This document shows, piece by piece, positions 7,084 to 10,728 of a stretch of 10,728 bases of DNA. Made by a program: the position numbers and the translations under genes. The stretch's first letter is position 1. Every line of letters starts with the position of its first letter. The notes under the pieces were generated by a model that saw only the letters and a program-made list of their open reading frames with translations, was not told the DNA's origin and did not search any database. Source of the DNA: Promethearchaeota archaeon (GTDB taxonomy: Archaea > Asgardarchaeota > Lokiarchaeia > Sigyniarchaeales > SOKP01); the NCBI GenBank assembly GCA_030599585.1, contig JAUVNS010000037.1, positions 1 through 10,728 on the forward strand, in the 5' to 3' direction.

Positions 7084-7272
7084 ATGGGTTATACTTTTTT
7101 TAGTCTGGTATCCTAGGATCGTTATGCGGTCTAAATCAAAGTGAAAAAAAAATCCGGGTTTAAATAGTTGCACTTAGAAACATAGGTAACTTTTTTTAAC
7201 TTTTATAGAGATTAAAGAGATGAATTGTACTCCTTATGTGTTCATAAAACCCAATCTTATTCTATAAATCAG

Positions 7273-7330
7273 TTCTCTCTTTATTTCTCTCGTTTTTTCT
7301 CTTGTATTTTCTCTTAAAAACTCTCGTTTT
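7273..7330. repeat. Degenerate 12-bp-period tandem repeat (about 5 units, core TTCTCT)
   Basis: ttctctctttat / ttctctcgtttt / ttctcttgtatt / ttctcttaaaaa / ctctcgtttt. Confidence 0.5.
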
Positions 7331-7390
7331 ATTGACTATAAGTAAATCTATAATCTAACAGAAATTTTGGTTTCAAAAAATGTTAAAAAT

Positions 7391-8638
7391 TTATTTGTAA
7401 TTGAATACCATCTTTATAATTTTTTGAATCGCTTCAATACTTATCATTTTTCTAGCAAAGTAATGCAATAAGTAACTAAAAATTTTTTCAATCTTAATCA
7501 AAAAAGAAAAGTCTTCATAATCTTCTAACACTTTGTCTAATGAGTCTTTGAGAGCAATATAAAGCCCATATCTGTCTAATATTAATATTAAATTTTCATA
7601 TGTATATTTGGATAACTCGATTTCAGAAGATTCAAATTTTGATTGTAAAATTTCAGCAAGGATTTCCAATTCTTTTTTAATAGGAAGGAGCCTGCTCATG
7701 TCTAAAACATGAAATATTCTTTTCCCGTAATCTTCCATCACCTCAAGAGGATCAAAATTGTCTATTAAATTCTTGATATTTTCGCTGCTCAATTGTACGT
7801 TTTTTAAAGGAGTAAAATATCCTTGAGTGTCGTTGAGTAAATCTTGATAGTATCCTTCTATAAATGAAGGTCCTTTGTAATCTCTATCCAGAATTAATAA
7901 AGTATCTAAACAGTTAAAAACTCTTAAATAACCGACAAGAATCTTACTTTCTTTTCTCCCTTCTATTACAATGATATGATATATAGAATCTTCTCCTTTC
8001 TCTATTGGAGCATATTCGGAATACCAAACACAAACTGGGAAATTTGAGGATTCTAAATCTCCCATTACAAATCTGGTAAAAAAATCATCTGAAGGTTGAT
8101 AATCTTCTTTTCTGTGATAAAGGAATTCATATACAATTTTACCACAACATCGATAAACCTTATCGTTAATATTTTCAATTATAAATGTAAATGGTTCTTT
8201 AATTTCTACGATCTCTGTTTTAGAATTGTCGATTGTAGCTTGAATGTCAATTGTCGGATCCTTTCTTTTCATTCTTTGTAAATGTGTTTCTAACGATTTT
8301 TCACTTGGAAAAATCATATCTAAAAAACCTCCGCTTCCTGTAGCCGGTGTAGGATCTTTAAGTTTAATCCCTTTCTCCGTAAGCAAATATTTTCTTCCGT
8401 TTAATTCGACGATGACATCTTTGATCTTTAATTTTTTATTGAAAAGTCGTATGGGATGCAAAATCAACATAAATCTCTTTATAAGTGATTCATCAAATTC
8501 CGTTCCGAATTTACTGTTACACTTTCGACAAATAATTAATTTTGACTTTAATTTTCCCCCCATACATCGAGGAATAATATGTTCAGTAGAGATCTTTTCA
8601 TAATTCAGTTCTTGATTACAGAAGATACAATTATTCAT
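7391..8638 (-). CDS. HNH endonuclease (HNH_5-like, zinc-binding) with a large C-terminal extension
   Basis: N-terminal CIFC...STEHIIPRCMGG...ICRKCNSKFG...D is the treble-clef HNH pattern, followed by about 360 aa of unassigned sequence. Confidence 0.85.
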   Translation of the reverse strand: MNNCIFCNQELNYEKISTEHIIPRCMGGKLKSKLIICRKCNSKFGTEFDESLIKRFMLILHPIRLFNKKLKIKDVIVELNGRKYLLTEKGIKLKDPTPATGSGGFLDMIFPSEKSLETHLQRMKRKDPTIDIQATIDNSKTEIVEIKEPFTFIIENINDKVYRCCGKIVYEFLYHRKEDYQPSDDFFTRFVMGDLESSNFPVCVWYSEYAPIEKGEDSIYHIIVIEGRKESKILVGYLRVFNCLDTLLILDRDYKGPSFIEGYYQDLLNDTQGYFTPLKNVQLSSENIKNLIDNFDPLEVMEDYGKRIFHVLDMSRLLPIKKELEILAEILQSKFESSEIELSKYTYENLILILDRYGLYIALKDSLDKVLEDYEDFSFLIKIEKIFSYLLHYFARKMISIEAIQKIIKMVFNYK

Positions 8639-8992
8639 TTTTAATAAACATGGGAATTATATTATTTATTTGTTAATGAAGTACATCCCTATTCTTACAT
8701 TTAATTCTTTTATTGTCCAATTCAAAATATTTTATTAATTTTTGTAATATTTAAGTAATTAAGTTTTTCAGATTAAAGAAATACACGCTATTTTTATAAT
8801 TTGAAGCTACCGGCGTGAGACCTCAACACGTGTAGTCTAACCAAGAGTGCTTCCTTTTGATTTTAAAAAATGGTAGCAGTTTAAATACCCATGTTCTGAA
8901 AAAACTAACGTAGGTTTTTAACCTATTATTTGGGTATTCTATGAACCATTGGAATTGTATTTTAACCACTAATTCACGAAAGGTTAATTATT

Positions 8993-9811
8993 ATGGATTT
9001 AACAAGCGTTAAATATCAGGACAGTTGTATTTATATCGGTTTAGACGGCTCTAAGGGGCAGGAACAGAACGAAAGTTCCCTTGAGAGAATTAAAAGCGTG
9101 TACGCAGTCTACAAAATAAAAGCGAACGGTAATTACGTTAGGGATACGATTCTTATAAGAAAAAAAGACATTACGGTCGTACGGGGAGAAATTGTTGTAA
9201 AATTCGAGTTAAACCAGCTTCACAGACCGGACGAATGCGAAATAAAGATTGTGTCCCTTAAGTTCGTCCATCTCATTGGGATAAGGGAAGAATTAACGGT
9301 AAACGAGTCTTATTCTTTTCTCGAAATCCGAACCCGACCTCCCATCGTCGAGAATACCGTTACAGTGCGCAAGAAAAACAAAAAAATTCTTAGCGAAACT
9401 AACGAGCCACACAAAGGTAGAAAGGAAAAATTGTCCATAGCTCAAGAAATTATAATAATTCCTCCTGAAGTAAAAATACTCAAGGCGGCAAATGACGAAC
9501 AATTACCCTTAAAAAAATACAGTCAAGCCATTAAGGAGGAAACTACAGTAATAACAAACTTTGATCCCCCTTCAACCACAGTAGTAGAAATTGAGTTGAA
9601 GCTCGAGCAGAAATTAGATGCGCGGACGAAAAAACTCGAAATGGATGTGAAACAGTTGTGTTACGAGACCATTGACGCTTTACTCACCGTCCTACCTCAA
9701 CCTGAATTTGCGGAAGATTATAGCTCTTCAAATACTTTGGTACAATCGATTCATAAATATATCACCGTTGATTTATTACAAAAACAACAAGAAGAGGGAG
9801 AATCAGCTTGA
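8993..9811 (+). CDS. Hypothetical protein (272 aa), translationally coupled to the primase-like gene
   Basis: Beta-rich N-terminal ~110 aa, K/E/P-rich linker and helical C-terminus. AGGT SD. Its TGA overlaps the TTG of the next gene (TTGA). Confidence 0.8.
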   Translation: MDLTSVKYQDSCIYIGLDGSKGQEQNESSLERIKSVYAVYKIKANGNYVRDTILIRKKDITVVRGEIVVKFELNQLHRPDECEIKIVSLKFVHLIGIREELTVNESYSFLEIRTRPPIVENTVTVRKKNKKILSETNEPHKGRKEKLSIAQEIIIIPPEVKILKAANDEQLPLKKYSQAIKEETTVITNFDPPSTTVVEIELKLEQKLDARTKKLEMDVKQLCYETIDALLTVLPQPEFAEDYSSSNTLVQSIHKYITVDLLQKQQEEGESA

Positions 9812-10728
9812 ATTTTTACGAAAATGGCCTTCAGTATCTAATGAACGATATGCTCGTAAACGCGTACGATTTTTCGATCGTAAAAAAAGCGATTACGGCT
9901 ATAATGGAAAAACAATCTCTGGTGCCGCACGAGTTACTCCTTATTATTGTCGCAAAACCGCCCACGGTCGAGAGCCCCTTAGTGCAAAAATTTCTTGAGG
10001 AAGGCAAAATTAAATCGTATCAGAAAAAAGAAGTGTGCGTAAAAATAAAAGACGTTATAAAAGGCGCGCTTAACAATTACTTTGAGAGTTCGCTGAACCG
10101 ATTTTCGAAAATAAGCAATTGTACTTCCATTAAAATAAAAACCAACGCCCACGAGTTCAGAGTCTCGATACGCGTAATAAATTTAGATAAATTTTCTTCT
10201 TCCTTACTTTACGCCATCGTTAATCACTTTAACGTAGATGCCCTTGGGTATTGCGAAGAAGTAAAAGTAATCCTTTCGATAGCTCGGACAAAGAATTCTT
10301 CGCTTGAAGTAATATTAAACCAAAATTTACCAGATATTCTCGCTTCAGCGCTCTCCAAATTTGTAACCGTGGACGATAAAGAAAAAGTGCTTGATTTTTT
10401 ACGATGTCCTGAGGTAAAAGACATATTATTTAAGCATTTTTTTCCACAAGGATTAGAAAACGACCGAGTGCGTACCGAAATAACTTACGACACCCTTCGA
10501 GAAAACATTGCAGCCCAGAAGCGAAGAACTGTTTTACTTCCTTCGGGAAAATACGAAAATTTGCACGACGCAATTACTCCTTACACTACACACGAGGAAT
10601 TTTTACAGATTATCGAAATAAACGACGTGCTTGGGTTTTATCCTTCGGTAAGAACCACTAAAACCAACGAAATAGTAACCGCAATGATCGATCTCGACGT
10701 ATCTGGCTTCTTAAGAGCGTCTTTTTCC
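9808..10728 (+). CDS. Putative archaeo-eukaryotic primase (AEP)/primase-polymerase, N-terminal 307 aa (runs off the right edge)
   Basis: Open frame from TTG 9808 (GAGGGAG upstream) to the window end: MNFYENGLQYLMNDML...VLDFLRCPEVKDILF...VLGFYPSVRTTKTNEIVTAMIDLDVSG. hhhDhD (D295, D297), preceded by a hydrophobic strand, resembles AEP motif I. Motifs II and III would lie outside the window. Confidence 0.6.
   Translation, partial: MNFYENGLQYLMNDMLVNAYDFSIVKKAITAIMEKQSLVPHELLLIIVAKPPTVESPLVQKFLEEGKIKSYQKKEVCVKIKDVIKGALNNYFESSLNRFSKISNCTSIKIKTNAHEFRVSIRVINLDKFSSSLLYAIVNHFNVDALGYCEEVKVILSIARTKNSSLEVILNQNLPDILASALSKFVTVDDKEKVLDFLRCPEVKDILFKHFFPQGLENDRVRTEITYDTLRENIAAQKRRTVLLPSGKYENLHDAITPYTTHEEFLQIIEINDVLGFYPSVRTTKTNEIVTAMIDLDVSGFLRASFS

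Noticed and set aside
8096-8603. Plus-strand ORFs 8096..8281 and 8244..8603
   Set aside because: Antisense shadows of the HNH gene.
9029-9052. IYIGLDGS as a RuvC/RNase H-like motif in the 272-aa protein
   Set aside because: No further catalytic motifs or matching secondary-structure pattern could be identified.
9293-10424. ORFs 9293..9502, 9672..9998 and 10224..10424
   Set aside because: Alternative-frame or antisense overlaps of the 272-aa and primase-like genes.
1-10728. CRISPR array, tRNA/rRNA, IS element, known ribozyme or riboswitch
   Set aside because: No regularly spaced repeats, cloverleaf or T-loop signature, transposase or recognisable catalytic core was found by eye. An Rfam scan would be needed to exclude them firmly.

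Overview
AT-rich, archaeal-style accessory region: TATA-like promoters, GGAGG/GAGGTGA ribosome-binding sites, poly-T terminators and a C-terminal PCNA-binding motif. The gene types suggest an Asgard/Lokiarchaeia-like host, but this is inference only. Left to right: a minus-strand run of small unknown ORFs, the last running off the left edge; a PD-(D/E)XK nuclease-like gene; a RadA/RadB-like protein with degenerate Walker motifs and a terminal PIP-box-like motif; a small TRASH-type zinc-finger ORF; a 528-aa protein with a Cys-bracketed glycine-zipper hairpin and Thr-rich repeats; about 950 bp of intergenic DNA with candidate structured RNAs; an NYN (LabA/DUF88) RNase; a helical unknown; an HNH nuclease; and a two-gene operon whose second, truncated gene has an archaeo-eukaryotic primase (AEP) motif I. 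The whole looks like an integrated mobile element or defence/conflict island. No rRNA, tRNA, CRISPR array, transposase or integrase was seen.
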